From positions 2,296 to 66,295 of the forward strand of contig JAFSIB010000071.1 of assembly GCA_017440005.1 (NCBI GenBank): 64,000 nt of DNA. Reading direction: 5' to 3'. The position numbers and the translations under genes were made by a program. A model generated the notes under the pieces. It ran no database searches and was not told the DNA's origin. It worked only from the letters and a program-made list of their open reading frames with translations. Source of the DNA: Clostridia bacterium. GTDB taxonomy: Bacteria > Bacillota > Clostridia > Oscillospirales > Acutalibacteraceae. Below are positions 18,946 through 28,582 of this stretch, one piece after another (within the stretch, counting starts at the first letter, position 1; each line of letters opens with the position of its first letter).

Positions 18946-19079
18946 GTGGGGCGGTTCTATATCGGGGATGCTTCGGCATACTATAGAACGTGCCTCGAAC
19001 GGTGAGAGTTGGGATGTTCGCGTCTTGACTCTCTTTTCATTCCACCACAAATCGGTACGATTCGAGCGAGGTGAACAGG

Positions 19080-21353
19080 ATGTCTGCAAAAAGGGCAAAA
19101 CAAGCAAAAACGCAGGATAACGGGTTGCTGATGACAAAACCCATGCGCGTGCGCACGTATTTTTCCATCAGCGCGATCTTTGTGTGTCTGGTGTTGTTGT
19201 GCTGTCAGCTGTTCCGTATACAGGTTTTAGAGCAGGACTATTGGCAAAAACAAGCCGTGGCACAACAATTGTCCGACGTGGAGATCTCTGCGAACCGCGG
19301 ACAGATATACGATGCGAACATGTCGGTTCTGGCGTTGACACGGGAAGTGTGTACCATTGTGATGGCGCCGTGCAATATCCGCCGCGAAGTAACGCGTGAA
19401 AAGATCGCGGATGAATTGTCGGTCATGCTGGAAGTCGATCGCTCTACCTTATATCAGCAGACTTTGGATAGCGAATCGCAATATAAAGTGGTCAAATCCA
19501 AAGTCGATAAATCGGTGGGTGACACCTTTATTGAATGGGTGAACGAGAACAGTTTGGGCGGCGTGTTCCGTATCGTTACCGATTATAAACGGGAATATCC
19601 GCTCAAAAACACGTTGTCCACCGTGCTGGGGTTTGTCGGCAAAGATAACGTGGCGCGTGAAGGCTTGGAATTGAAATACGATTCCGTGCTTTCGGGGACA
19701 CCCGGACGGATGGTTGCCGCGCAGAACACATACGGTGACCATTTGCCAACCTCGTTGCAATACGAATATACGGTGGATGCGACCGACGGTAACAGTTTGG
19801 TGCTGACGGTCGACCAGTATATCCAACAGGTCACGGACAAATATCTGGCAGAGGCGATCGAAGAATACGGCGCACGCAACCGCGGCTGCGCGATCGTGAT
19901 GGAAGTGGATACGGGTGCGATCCTCGGTATATCCACCAAAGGGGATTACGATCCGAACGATTACTTAACGATCGCCGATCCGAGTACCGCCGAAAAGATC
20001 GCGTTGTTGGCGGGTGAAGAGCAGTCGGCGGCTATTGTAAAAGCACGCTTGGAGCAGTACCGTAACAAGGCGCTGGATTTCTATGAGCCGGGTTCGGTGT
20101 TTAAAATCTTTACGGCGTCAATGGGTCTGGAAGAAGGTTTGGTGACGGAGGAAAGTCCGTTTTATTGCGGCGGTATGTTCCACATTGCTGATAGAAGTAT
20201 GAAATGTTGGGTGCATCCGAACGGTCACGGGCAACAGAATTTTATTACGGCAATTGCCAACTCGTGTAACCCCGCGTTCATGACGCTTGGAACGCGTGTC
20301 GGAACGAAATTGTTCTCCAAATATTATGCCGGTTTTGGGTTTACCGCTAAAACCGATGTTGATATGCTTGGTGAGCAGGATGTGACGAGCGGTCTGTATC
20401 ACCTGCCGGAGAGTATTTCACAGGTGGATGTGGCGGCGTCGTCTATTGGACAGACGTTTAAGGTCACACCGCTTCAAATGATTACGGGTATTTCGGCGGT
20501 GGCAAACGGCGGATACTTAATGCAGCCGTATATTGTCAAACAGGTGATCGACGGCGACGGCAATGTCGTCTCCAATACACAACCGACCGTCAAGAGGCAG
20601 ATGATCTCCGAGAGCACCTCCGGGCGGTTGTGTGCCATGCTGGAAAACGCGGTCAGCAGCGGTAAGATCGCCAATGCTTATATTTCGGGATACCGTGTCG
20701 GCGGAAAGACCGGCACGTCCGAAAAAACCGAAACAAAATCCGAAGAAGATCAAGATCAGAACGTACAAGTCATTGCGTCGTTCGGCGGTATCGCACCCGC
20801 GGATGATCCGCAGGTGGCGGTGCTCGTGATGGTGGACGAACCGCAACGGTCGCGGTCCGGTAGTGCGGTTGCCGCACCCATCGCGCGGAAAATTTTGAAG
20901 GATATTTTACCGTATCTCGGCGTGGAGCCGAATTACACGGAAGCGGAGATCGCGGGTCTTGACCGCACCGTGCCCAACGTAGTAGGGGCAACGGTTGCCG
21001 CGGCGCAAAGCACGTTGAAAGCCTCCACGTTGTCGGCGCAAACGGTTGGCAACGGTACAACGGTTGTCAAACAGGTGCCGGCGAGCGGGACGTCTATCCC
21101 GAAAGGCGGTACGGTGTGGCTGTATACCGATAATCGTGAAACGCAAACCGCAACGGTTCCGGATTTTACGGGCATGTCGGTGGCACAGACCACGCAAGCG
21201 GCAAAAGCGGCAGGGATCAACGTGTTGTTATCGGGTATCAGTACCACGGACGGTACGCCTGCGGCAACACGGCAATCCATCGCCGCCGGCGAACAAGTTG
21301 CAAAGGGAACGGTTATTACCGTCGAATTTACCTACACGGCAAATATCTACTAA
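19080..21353 (+). CDS. Class B penicillin-binding protein (PBP2B/FtsI-like) with C-terminal PASTA domains
   Basis: N-terminal TM segment, PBP dimerisation domain, transpeptidase motifs SVFK, SCN and KTGT, and two PASTA-like repeats at the C-terminus. Confidence 0.9.
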   Translation: MSAKRAKQAKTQDNGLLMTKPMRVRTYFSISAIFVCLVLLCCQLFRIQVLEQDYWQKQAVAQQLSDVEISANRGQIYDANMSVLALTREVCTIVMAPCNIRREVTREKIADELSVMLEVDRSTLYQQTLDSESQYKVVKSKVDKSVGDTFIEWVNENSLGGVFRIVTDYKREYPLKNTLSTVLGFVGKDNVAREGLELKYDSVLSGTPGRMVAAQNTYGDHLPTSLQYEYTVDATDGNSLVLTVDQYIQQVTDKYLAEAIEEYGARNRGCAIVMEVDTGAILGISTKGDYDPNDYLTIADPSTAEKIALLAGEEQSAAIVKARLEQYRNKALDFYEPGSVFKIFTASMGLEEGLVTEESPFYCGGMFHIADRSMKCWVHPNGHGQQNFITAIANSCNPAFMTLGTRVGTKLFSKYYAGFGFTAKTDVDMLGEQDVTSGLYHLPESISQVDVAASSIGQTFKVTPLQMITGISAVANGGYLMQPYIVKQVIDGDGNVVSNTQPTVKRQMISESTSGRLCAMLENAVSSGKIANAYISGYRVGGKTGTSEKTETKSEEDQDQNVQVIASFGGIAPADDPQVAVLVMVDEPQRSRSGSAVAAPIARKILKDILPYLGVEPNYTEAEIAGLDRTVPNVVGATVAAAQSTLKASTLSAQTVGNGTTVVKQVPASGTSIPKGGTVWLYTDNRETQTATVPDFTGMSVAQTTQAAKAAGINVLLSGISTTDGTPAATRQSIAAGEQVAKGTVITVEFTYTANIY

Positions 21354-21374
21354 TCCAAGAGAGGGCGCCTGTTC

Positions 21375-23654
21375 ATGAAACGGTTTCATCAACAGGACGT
21401 TTCAATGCGGGCTCCGTCCCGTCGGATGTGGCAGCGGTCGTTTATCATACTGGTGTTGATCGCGTTGTGCTTTGCACTGGTATGTGGGCGGTTGGCGATT
21501 TTACAACTCAGCGAACACGAAAAATGGCAGACGCTGGCGTCTGAGCAACAACTCAGCGATAGCGTGATCTCAGACAAACGCGGAACGATTTATGACCGCA
21601 ACGGCGTGGTGCTGGCGCAAAGTGTCGAGGTGGCGACGGTGATCATGATGCCGTCGGAAATTCCGGACGATGCGGCGCGGCAGACGATCTGTGAGGAATT
21701 GCCGCCGTTACTGGGGATCAATGCCGAGAAACTGAAAAAACAGACGCAAAAGGTCGGTTCGCGTTACGAGGTTGTGAAATCCAAGATCGGCAACGAGGAA
21801 CGAACGGCGTTTATCGCTTGGGTGAAAAAGCACGGGTTCACCGGCGTTTTCCGTGTCATTCAGGATTATAAACGGGAATATCCAAACGGCAGTACGTTAT
21901 CCTGTGTATTGGGATTTACGGGTACCGATAACACCGGTCTTGAGGGGTTGGAAGCAAAGTACAACACCCTGCTTGCCGGCAAAGCGGGGCGCGTGATCAC
22001 CACCAAAAACGGGTGGGGGGACGCGTTCCCGAACGATATTCAGTATGAAACGACGGTCGATGCCGAAGAGGGCGAAAGTTTGTACCTAACGATCGACGTT
22101 ACCGTACAGAAGATCGTGGAAAAGTATTTGGAAATAGCGGTTGCCGAGACCGGCGCCGCCAACCGCGCGACGGCGATCGTCATGGATGTGCGCACCGACG
22201 AGGTGCTTGCCATGGCGACCAAAGGCGATTATGACCTCAATGCGCCGCGCGTGTTGCAAAACCCCGATACGACGGCGCAGATCGCGTTGCTTTCAGGAGA
22301 TGAACAGTCGAGCGCTTTGTTGACCGCGTTGCAAAAGCAATGGAAAAACAAGGCGGTATCGGAGTTTTATGAACCGGGTTCGGTATTTAAGATCTTTACG
22401 GCTTCTGCCGCGTTGCAGGAAGGTTTAATATCGGAAACTTCCCATTTTTTCTGTAACGGAACGTATACGATGGCGGGTGTGCGGACCATGAAATGTCACG
22501 TGTATCCGCGCAGTCACGGTGATCAGTCGCTGGCAGAAGCGATCTCACATTCCTGCAACCCCGCTTTCATGAAGATCGGGTCACTGCTGGGCACCGCGTT
22601 GTTCCCCCGTTACCACGAAGCGTTTGGATTCACGGCACCGACCGGCATTGATATGTTGGGCGAGGCGCGGGTGACTGCTTCATTGTATCACACCGCTTCC
22701 GCCATCACGGCGGTGGACGTTGCCACGTCCTCGATCGGGCAGACGTTTAAGGTGACACCGATCCAGATGATCACCGGTGTGTGTGCGGTGGCAAGTGACG
22801 GTAACCTGCGCACTCCGTACGTTGCCGCGCGCAGTGTGGCGGCAGACGGTACCGAAACGGTGCTGAATAAACCAACGGTCGTGCGGCGCGTGATCGCCGC
22901 TGAAACGGCATCACGCATGTGCGCCATGCTGGAAGGCGTGGTGGACGGCGGCGGTGCCAAAAATGCGTATATCGCGGGATACCGCGTGGCAGGAAAGACC
23001 GGTACATCGGAAAAAACCGACCAAGCCGCCGCGGCTAACGGCAGGAAAAATGCCGTGGCATCGTTTTGCGGATTTGCTCCGGCGAACGATCCGCGCGTGG
23101 CGGTGATCGTGATGATCGATGAACCGCAGACACAGATCCGTTACGGCGGCACGCTGGCGGCACCTGTGGCGCAAAAGATTCTGGCGGATGTGTTGCCGCA
23201 CCTCGGTGTGCAACCGCAATACACGGAAGATCAGTTGAAAACGTTACAGTGTACCGTGCCCGATGTGATCGGTAAAACCGTGTCGGCGGCACAAACCGCG
23301 CTCACGGCGGCGGGATTGCGCTATCGCGTGGCGGGCGGCGGAACGGTGACGGCGCAAACGCCGTCTGCCGGAACACTCATGCAAAAAGACGGCACGGTGG
23401 TACTCTATACCGAAGAACAGCCGACTGAACAAGTGAACGTTCCTCATACGGTGGGCAAACCGTTATCGGAGGCGAACCGTCTGTTGACAGATGCAGGACT
23501 TAACGTACGGATCATCGGTTGGACGGGAGAGGTTGGCGACCGCAATACCGGCGGGCAAGCGGTGGTCGCGGAGCAATCCATATTGGAGAACAACACGGTT
23601 GATAAAGGAACTGTTGTGGAGATCCGTCTGATATACACAGATGCGATCGAATAG
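21375..23654 (+). CDS. Class B penicillin-binding protein, SpoVD-like paralogue with PASTA domains
   Basis: Same architecture as the upstream PBP (SVFK, SCN, KTGT, two PASTA repeats). Occupies the B. subtilis spoVD position. Confidence 0.9.
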   Translation: MKRFHQQDVSMRAPSRRMWQRSFIILVLIALCFALVCGRLAILQLSEHEKWQTLASEQQLSDSVISDKRGTIYDRNGVVLAQSVEVATVIMMPSEIPDDAARQTICEELPPLLGINAEKLKKQTQKVGSRYEVVKSKIGNEERTAFIAWVKKHGFTGVFRVIQDYKREYPNGSTLSCVLGFTGTDNTGLEGLEAKYNTLLAGKAGRVITTKNGWGDAFPNDIQYETTVDAEEGESLYLTIDVTVQKIVEKYLEIAVAETGAANRATAIVMDVRTDEVLAMATKGDYDLNAPRVLQNPDTTAQIALLSGDEQSSALLTALQKQWKNKAVSEFYEPGSVFKIFTASAALQEGLISETSHFFCNGTYTMAGVRTMKCHVYPRSHGDQSLAEAISHSCNPAFMKIGSLLGTALFPRYHEAFGFTAPTGIDMLGEARVTASLYHTASAITAVDVATSSIGQTFKVTPIQMITGVCAVASDGNLRTPYVAARSVAADGTETVLNKPTVVRRVIAAETASRMCAMLEGVVDGGGAKNAYIAGYRVAGKTGTSEKTDQAAAANGRKNAVASFCGFAPANDPRVAVIVMIDEPQTQIRYGGTLAAPVAQKILADVLPHLGVQPQYTEDQLKTLQCTVPDVIGKTVSAAQTALTAAGLRYRVAGGGTVTAQTPSAGTLMQKDGTVVLYTEEQPTEQVNVPHTVGKPLSEANRLLTDAGLNVRIIGWTGEVGDRNTGGQAVVAEQSILENNTVDKGTVVEIRLIYTDAIE

Positions 23655-23665
23655 AGGTGGTTACG

Positions 23666-25096
23666 ATGAAACTGACAGAATTGTTACAAGCGATCGGGGC
23701 GACAGGGTTCTGCGAACCCGTGGAAGTCACGGCGTTGTGCCGCGATTCGCGCAAGATCGTGCAAGGGTGTTTGTTCGTGTGCATTGCCGGCACCAAGATC
23801 GACAGTCATCAGTTTGCGGCGCAGGCGTTGGAAAACGGCGCGGCAGCGGTTGTGTGTGAGCGGGATCTGGGGTTGCCGCGGCAGATTTTGGTGAAAGACG
23901 GCCGTGCGGCATGGGCGCAACTGTGCGCCAATTGGTTTGGCCGTCCTGCACAAAAACTGCGCATGATCGGTATCACGGGTACAAACGGCAAGACCAGCAC
24001 GTCATTTTTGCTCAAAGGGATTTTGGAAAAAGCGGGATACCGCGTCGGTTTGATCGGCACGATCAAAAATATGATCGGGGAGCACGAGGTGCACAGCGGT
24101 CAGACCACGCCCGACCCGTATGAACTGCAGGAGTTACTGGCGGCGATGGTGGACGCGGGTTGTGCGTATGCGGTGATGGAAGTTTCCTCGCACGCACTGG
24201 ATCAGGACCGCGTGACGGGATGTCGGTTTGCGGCAGCCGTGTTTACCAATTTAACGCAGGATCATTTGGATTATCACGGTACGATGGAAGCCTACGCCGC
24301 CGCGAAAAAACGGTTGTTTACCATCAGCGATTTGGCGGTTTTGAATGTAGATGATGCGTGGTATTCGGTGATGCGTGACGAAATGCCGTGTGAGGCGGTC
24401 ACGTACTCCACCGAGCGAAACGATGCCACGTACACGGCACACAACCTGCGCCAGCGACCGGACGGTATCGATTTTGAATTGGTAACGACCGGTGCGATCG
24501 GTCGTGTGAAACTCAAAACACCGGGACGGTTTTCCGCGTATAATGCGTTGGCGGCGGCTTCGTGTGCGTTGGCGCTCGGCATTGAGTTCGATAATGTAGT
24601 GGACGCCTTGCGCGATGCCAACATCATCAAAGGTCGTGCGGAAGTGGTGCCGACGGGACGCGATTTTACGGTTGTAATTGACTATGCGCACACCCCTGAC
24701 GGGTTACAGAATATTTGTGAAACGCTGAATGCTTGTAAAGCGGGGCGGCTTGTGACGGTGTTCGGTTGCGGCGGAGACCGCGACCGTACCAAACGGCCGA
24801 AAATGGCTGCCACGGCAGCGGCGCTTTCGGATTTTGTGGTGGTAACGTCCGATAATCCGCGCACCGAAGATCCGCACGCGATCATTGAGGATATTTTGAC
24901 CGGAATGGCGGATACCGCCACACCGTACAAAGTGATCGAAGACCGTGTGGAAGCGATCCGTTGGGCGATTCACAATGCCCAAGCGGGCGATACGATCCTG
25001 CTTGCGGGTAAAGGCCATGAAACGTATCAGATCTTAAAGAGCGGCACCATTCACCTGGATGAGCGGGAAGTGGTGGCAGAGGCGCTAAATATTTAA
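23666..25096 (+). CDS. murE: UDP-N-acetylmuramoyl-L-alanyl-D-glutamate--2,6-diaminopimelate ligase
   Basis: GITGTNGKTS P-loop. The DNPR motif (VVTSDNPRTEDP) indicates meso-DAP specificity. Confidence 0.95.
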   Translation: MKLTELLQAIGATGFCEPVEVTALCRDSRKIVQGCLFVCIAGTKIDSHQFAAQALENGAAAVVCERDLGLPRQILVKDGRAAWAQLCANWFGRPAQKLRMIGITGTNGKTSTSFLLKGILEKAGYRVGLIGTIKNMIGEHEVHSGQTTPDPYELQELLAAMVDAGCAYAVMEVSSHALDQDRVTGCRFAAAVFTNLTQDHLDYHGTMEAYAAAKKRLFTISDLAVLNVDDAWYSVMRDEMPCEAVTYSTERNDATYTAHNLRQRPDGIDFELVTTGAIGRVKLKTPGRFSAYNALAAASCALALGIEFDNVVDALRDANIIKGRAEVVPTGRDFTVVIDYAHTPDGLQNICETLNACKAGRLVTVFGCGGDRDRTKRPKMAATAAALSDFVVVTSDNPRTEDPHAIIEDILTGMADTATPYKVIEDRVEAIRWAIHNAQAGDTILLAGKGHETYQILKSGTIHLDEREVVAEALNI

Positions 25097-25112
25097 ATGA
25101 GGAGTACAAAAG

Positions 25113-26129
25113 ATGGGTATACTGATATCGGCGGTGTGGATCGTAACGGCGCTGGGCGCATACTTTTTATCGGAACGGATGGGGAAAAAACTGATTCCGG
25201 TGTTGCATCGGCTCAAGTTCGGACAGACGATCCGTGATGAAGGTCCCGCATGGCATAAGAATAAGCAAGGTACACCAACCATGGGCGGTATCATTTTCAT
25301 TGGTGCGATGCTGATCGTGGTGTTGGTTGTGATGCTCATCTGCCAGTTGTTCCTACCCCAAAAGGTGGTAACAGATGCGGATACCGTTTCCACCGTTACG
25401 CGCTTGTTCGCCGGTATCGTGATGGCGATCGGCTTTGGTGTGATCGGTTTTTTGGATGATTTCATCAAAGTGGTCAAAAAACGGAATTTAGGACTGACAA
25501 GCCGTCAAAAACTGCTGGGACAGATCCTGCTTTCAGGCGCGTATGCGATCGCGGTATACGCGACCGGCGGTGCGCAGATCCATATTCCGTTTTACGGTAT
25601 GTGGTTTGCGGGTATCTGGTATATCCCGATCACGGTATTCATTATTGTGGCGATGACCAATGCCACCAACCTGACCGACGGTGTTGACGGGTTGTGCGGT
25701 TCGGTTTCCGTGATCGTGTGTTTGTTCCTGTTGATTTTATGCGGTGACCGTTTGGGTTACGGAATCGTCACCGCGGCAACCGCCGGTGCGCTTGCGGGAT
25801 TTTTGGTATGGAATTTCCATCCCGCACGCGTGTTTATGGGCGATACGGGGTCGCTGTTTATCGGCGGTGTTCTCTGTGCGGTAGCGTTCGGTATCGGTCG
25901 GCCGCTTTTGTTGTTGCCGATGGGTATCGTATACGTGATGGAGACCCTTTCGGTGGTTTTACAGGTTTCGTATTTCAAATGGACTCACGGCAAACGTCTG
26001 TTTAAAATGAGTCCGTTGCATCATCATTTTGAGTTGTGCGGATGGAGCGAAAACAAGATCGTATTGGCGGCGGCAATGACCACCGTGATCGGTTGCGTGA
26101 TCGGTCTGACCGTGACGGTTTTAGCATAA
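25113..26129 (+). CDS. mraY: Phospho-N-acetylmuramoyl-pentapeptide transferase
   Basis: KQGTPTMGG, NATNLTDGVDGL and FMGDTGSL motifs, with 10 TM segments. Confidence 0.95.
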   Translation: MGILISAVWIVTALGAYFLSERMGKKLIPVLHRLKFGQTIRDEGPAWHKNKQGTPTMGGIIFIGAMLIVVLVVMLICQLFLPQKVVTDADTVSTVTRLFAGIVMAIGFGVIGFLDDFIKVVKKRNLGLTSRQKLLGQILLSGAYAIAVYATGGAQIHIPFYGMWFAGIWYIPITVFIIVAMTNATNLTDGVDGLCGSVSVIVCLFLLILCGDRLGYGIVTAATAGALAGFLVWNFHPARVFMGDTGSLFIGGVLCAVAFGIGRPLLLLPMGIVYVMETLSVVLQVSYFKWTHGKRLFKMSPLHHHFELCGWSENKIVLAAAMTTVIGCVIGLTVTVLA

Positions 26130-26165
26130 ATTGCTATACTGCAATATAAAAAAGGAGGAGCAATC

Positions 26166-27386
26166 ATGGCGAAGCGCGCAAAGACCTCGCAGGTAAAACA
26201 ATGGTTTTCCGCGCCGAAAAATGCACTGTCATCAAAAGGTCGCTTGTTTACGTTTTCGACCGGTTTTGACATGCCGTTTTTCATTCTGTTGATATTGGTT
26301 TTGGCTGTCGGTTTGGTGTGCTTATATTCTGCCAGCTTTGCCTATTCCTATTACCGTAACGGCGGGGACAGTTACCACTATATCAAACGGCAGTTGATCT
26401 ATGCGTTGCTCGGCGTGGCTGTCATGCTCGTTGTATCCACGGTGGATTATCACATCTTACACCGCTTTGCATGGTGGATCATGTTCGGCTCGTGGGGACT
26501 CTTGTTACTGGTTATGGCGTTGCCCACCATTCAGAACGTGCACCGTTGGATCCGTTTGGGACCCATTCAGATCCAACCGTCCGAAATTGCCAAATTTGCC
26601 ATCATTTTGTTATTTGCGCACTTGATCTCACAGTATCATCAGAACATGAAAGATCCGCGCAAAGGTTTCTGGCCGTTCATGGTGATCCTCGGCGTTACGT
26701 GTGCATTGGTCGTGATCGAGCCGCACTTGTCGGGTACCATCTTGCTGTTTGCGATCGGCATGGTCATGTTGTTTATCGGCGGTACCAGATGGCGGTATTT
26801 AGGTCTGGTTCTCGGTGCGGCGGTTGTGGGTGCCGTTGTGCTGGTCGTGTTCTTGGGATATGAGCAGGACCGTATCGACGTATGGTTGGATCCGGTTGGT
26901 GTGTATACGTCGGATATTGTATACGATTCGGGTCAGACCGGTCGTGACGCCGCCTGGCAGACGGTACAATCGCTGTATGCGATCGGGTCCGGCGGACTTA
27001 TGGGCGAGGGCCTTGGCAACTCGCGGCAAAAGCACTCATTCTTACCGGAACCGCAAAATGATTTTATTTTTTCCATTGTGTGTGAGGAACTCGGCTTTGT
27101 CGGTGCCGTGTTGATTATTTTGTTGTTTGCCGCGTTGGTATGGCGCGGATTTGTGGTTGGCATGCGGGCACCGGATAAGTTCGGTTCCATGCTGGCGATC
27201 GGGTTGATCGCGCAGATCGGCATCCAGGTGGTGTTTAACCTGGCGGTGGTGACCAATTCCTTCCCGAACACGGGTATCAGTTTGCCGTTCTTCAGTTACG
27301 GCGGTTCGTCACTGATCATGCTGTTGGCGCAGATGGGTGTTATCTTGTCGATTTCCCGACAGTCGAAACAACAGGAGGGCGGTTGA
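26166..27386 (+). CDS. ftsW: SEDS-family peptidoglycan glycosyltransferase FtsW/SpoVE
   Basis: SEDS motifs QPSEIAK, FLPEPQNDFIFS and LPFFSYGGSS. Confidence 0.9.
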   Translation: MAKRAKTSQVKQWFSAPKNALSSKGRLFTFSTGFDMPFFILLILVLAVGLVCLYSASFAYSYYRNGGDSYHYIKRQLIYALLGVAVMLVVSTVDYHILHRFAWWIMFGSWGLLLLVMALPTIQNVHRWIRLGPIQIQPSEIAKFAIILLFAHLISQYHQNMKDPRKGFWPFMVILGVTCALVVIEPHLSGTILLFAIGMVMLFIGGTRWRYLGLVLGAAVVGAVVLVVFLGYEQDRIDVWLDPVGVYTSDIVYDSGQTGRDAAWQTVQSLYAIGSGGLMGEGLGNSRQKHSFLPEPQNDFIFSIVCEELGFVGAVLIILLFAALVWRGFVVGMRAPDKFGSMLAIGLIAQIGIQVVFNLAVVTNSFPNTGISLPFFSYGGSSLIMLLAQMGVILSISRQSKQQEGG

Positions 27387-27388
27387 CG

Positions 27389-28504
27389 ATGCGTGTACTG
27401 ATGGTTGGCGGCGGTACGGCGGGTCACATCAATCCCGCGCTTGCCATTGCCGATATCGTGAAAGAAAAACACCCCGAAGCCGAGATTCTGTTTGTGGGTG
27501 TTAAGGATAAAATGGAAACCACCTTGGTGCCGGCGGCAGGGTATCCGCTGAAAACCGTAACGGTGCAGGGATTCAAACGCAGTTTGGCACCGAAGGCGAT
27601 CGCGCACAATCTTTCGGCGGTGTACCACGCGGTAACAGCGGGGGCAGAAGCCAAACGCATTATCCGTGAATTCGCGCCGGATCTCGCAATCGGCACGGGC
27701 GGTTACGTGTGCGGTCCCGTCTTACAAAAGGCGGCGCGCATGGGTGTGCCGGTTTTGTTGCACGAATCCAATGCACTGCCGGGTGTAACCGTTAAAATGT
27801 TGGCACCGTCCGCAAAAGCCGTCATGGTCGGCGATGAAGCGGCGTGTAAACATTTGCCGGACGGGACGCGCGTTGTGGTGACGGGTAACCCGTTGCGCCG
27901 CGGATTTTCCACCATGGACCGCGAGATGGCACGGCGGGAACTCGGCGTGGATGAACGGCCGCTGGTGCTCAGTTTCGGCGGCAGTCTGGGTGCGCGGCAT
28001 CTGAACGAAGCCGTTGCCGGTGTGTTGGCAAAGAACCAACAAAAGCAGGCGATCCAGTTTATCGTGGGTACCGGCAGGGGCGAAAATTACGAACGGATGC
28101 AAGCCCTTCTTGCACAAAACGGCGTCGCGCCCGATGGGGTGCACGTGCGGATCCGTGATTATATTGACGATATGCCGCGGTGCATGGCGGCGGCGGATCT
28201 GGTGATCTCGCGTTGCGGTGCCATGACGATCAGTGAATTACCGGCAATGCAAAAGCCGTCTATATTGGTTCCGTCCCCGTACGTGGCGGAAAATCATCAG
28301 TATCACAACGCGCAAACCTTGGCAAAACGCGGGGCGGCGGTGTGTATTGAAGAAAAAGATTTGACAGCGGAGCGTTTGTGGGATACGATAGAACAAACGG
28401 TGTTAGATCCTGCCAAACTGACCGCGATGAGCAAAGCGGCGGGTGAGGCCGCCGTGTGGGATGCCGATGAACGGATCTATTCAGTAATCAGCGAACTGCT
28501 TTAA
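27389..28504 (+). CDS. murG: Undecaprenyldiphospho-muramoylpentapeptide beta-N-acetylglucosaminyltransferase
   Basis: MRVLMVGGGTAGHINPA N-terminus and the ISRCGAMTISEL motif. AGGAGGG RBS lies 9 nt before ATG 27389. Confidence 0.95.
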   Translation: MRVLMVGGGTAGHINPALAIADIVKEKHPEAEILFVGVKDKMETTLVPAAGYPLKTVTVQGFKRSLAPKAIAHNLSAVYHAVTAGAEAKRIIREFAPDLAIGTGGYVCGPVLQKAARMGVPVLLHESNALPGVTVKMLAPSAKAVMVGDEAACKHLPDGTRVVVTGNPLRRGFSTMDREMARRELGVDERPLVLSFGGSLGARHLNEAVAGVLAKNQQKQAIQFIVGTGRGENYERMQALLAQNGVAPDGVHVRIRDYIDDMPRCMAAADLVISRCGAMTISELPAMQKPSILVPSPYVAENHQYHNAQTLAKRGAAVCIEEKDLTAERLWDTIEQTVLDPAKLTAMSKAAGEAAVWDADERIYSVISELL

Positions 28505-28582
28505 TGTCACCTTTTTACCCGAAAATCATAAGATGGCGTATAAGGCCGAACGGTCGATTTCGGGGAATAGGGGTGGACGACG

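Noticed and set aside
18247-19137. 296-aa minus-strand ORF across rsmH-ftsL-PBP
   Set aside because: It spans three plus-strand genes and an intergenic region, and shows no motif or RBS. It is a GC-driven artefact. The same reasoning applies to 6489-7151, 7243-8079, 9437-10291, 11575-12339, 12872-13546, 36450-37196, 37412-38071, 45171-45758 and 45834-46436.
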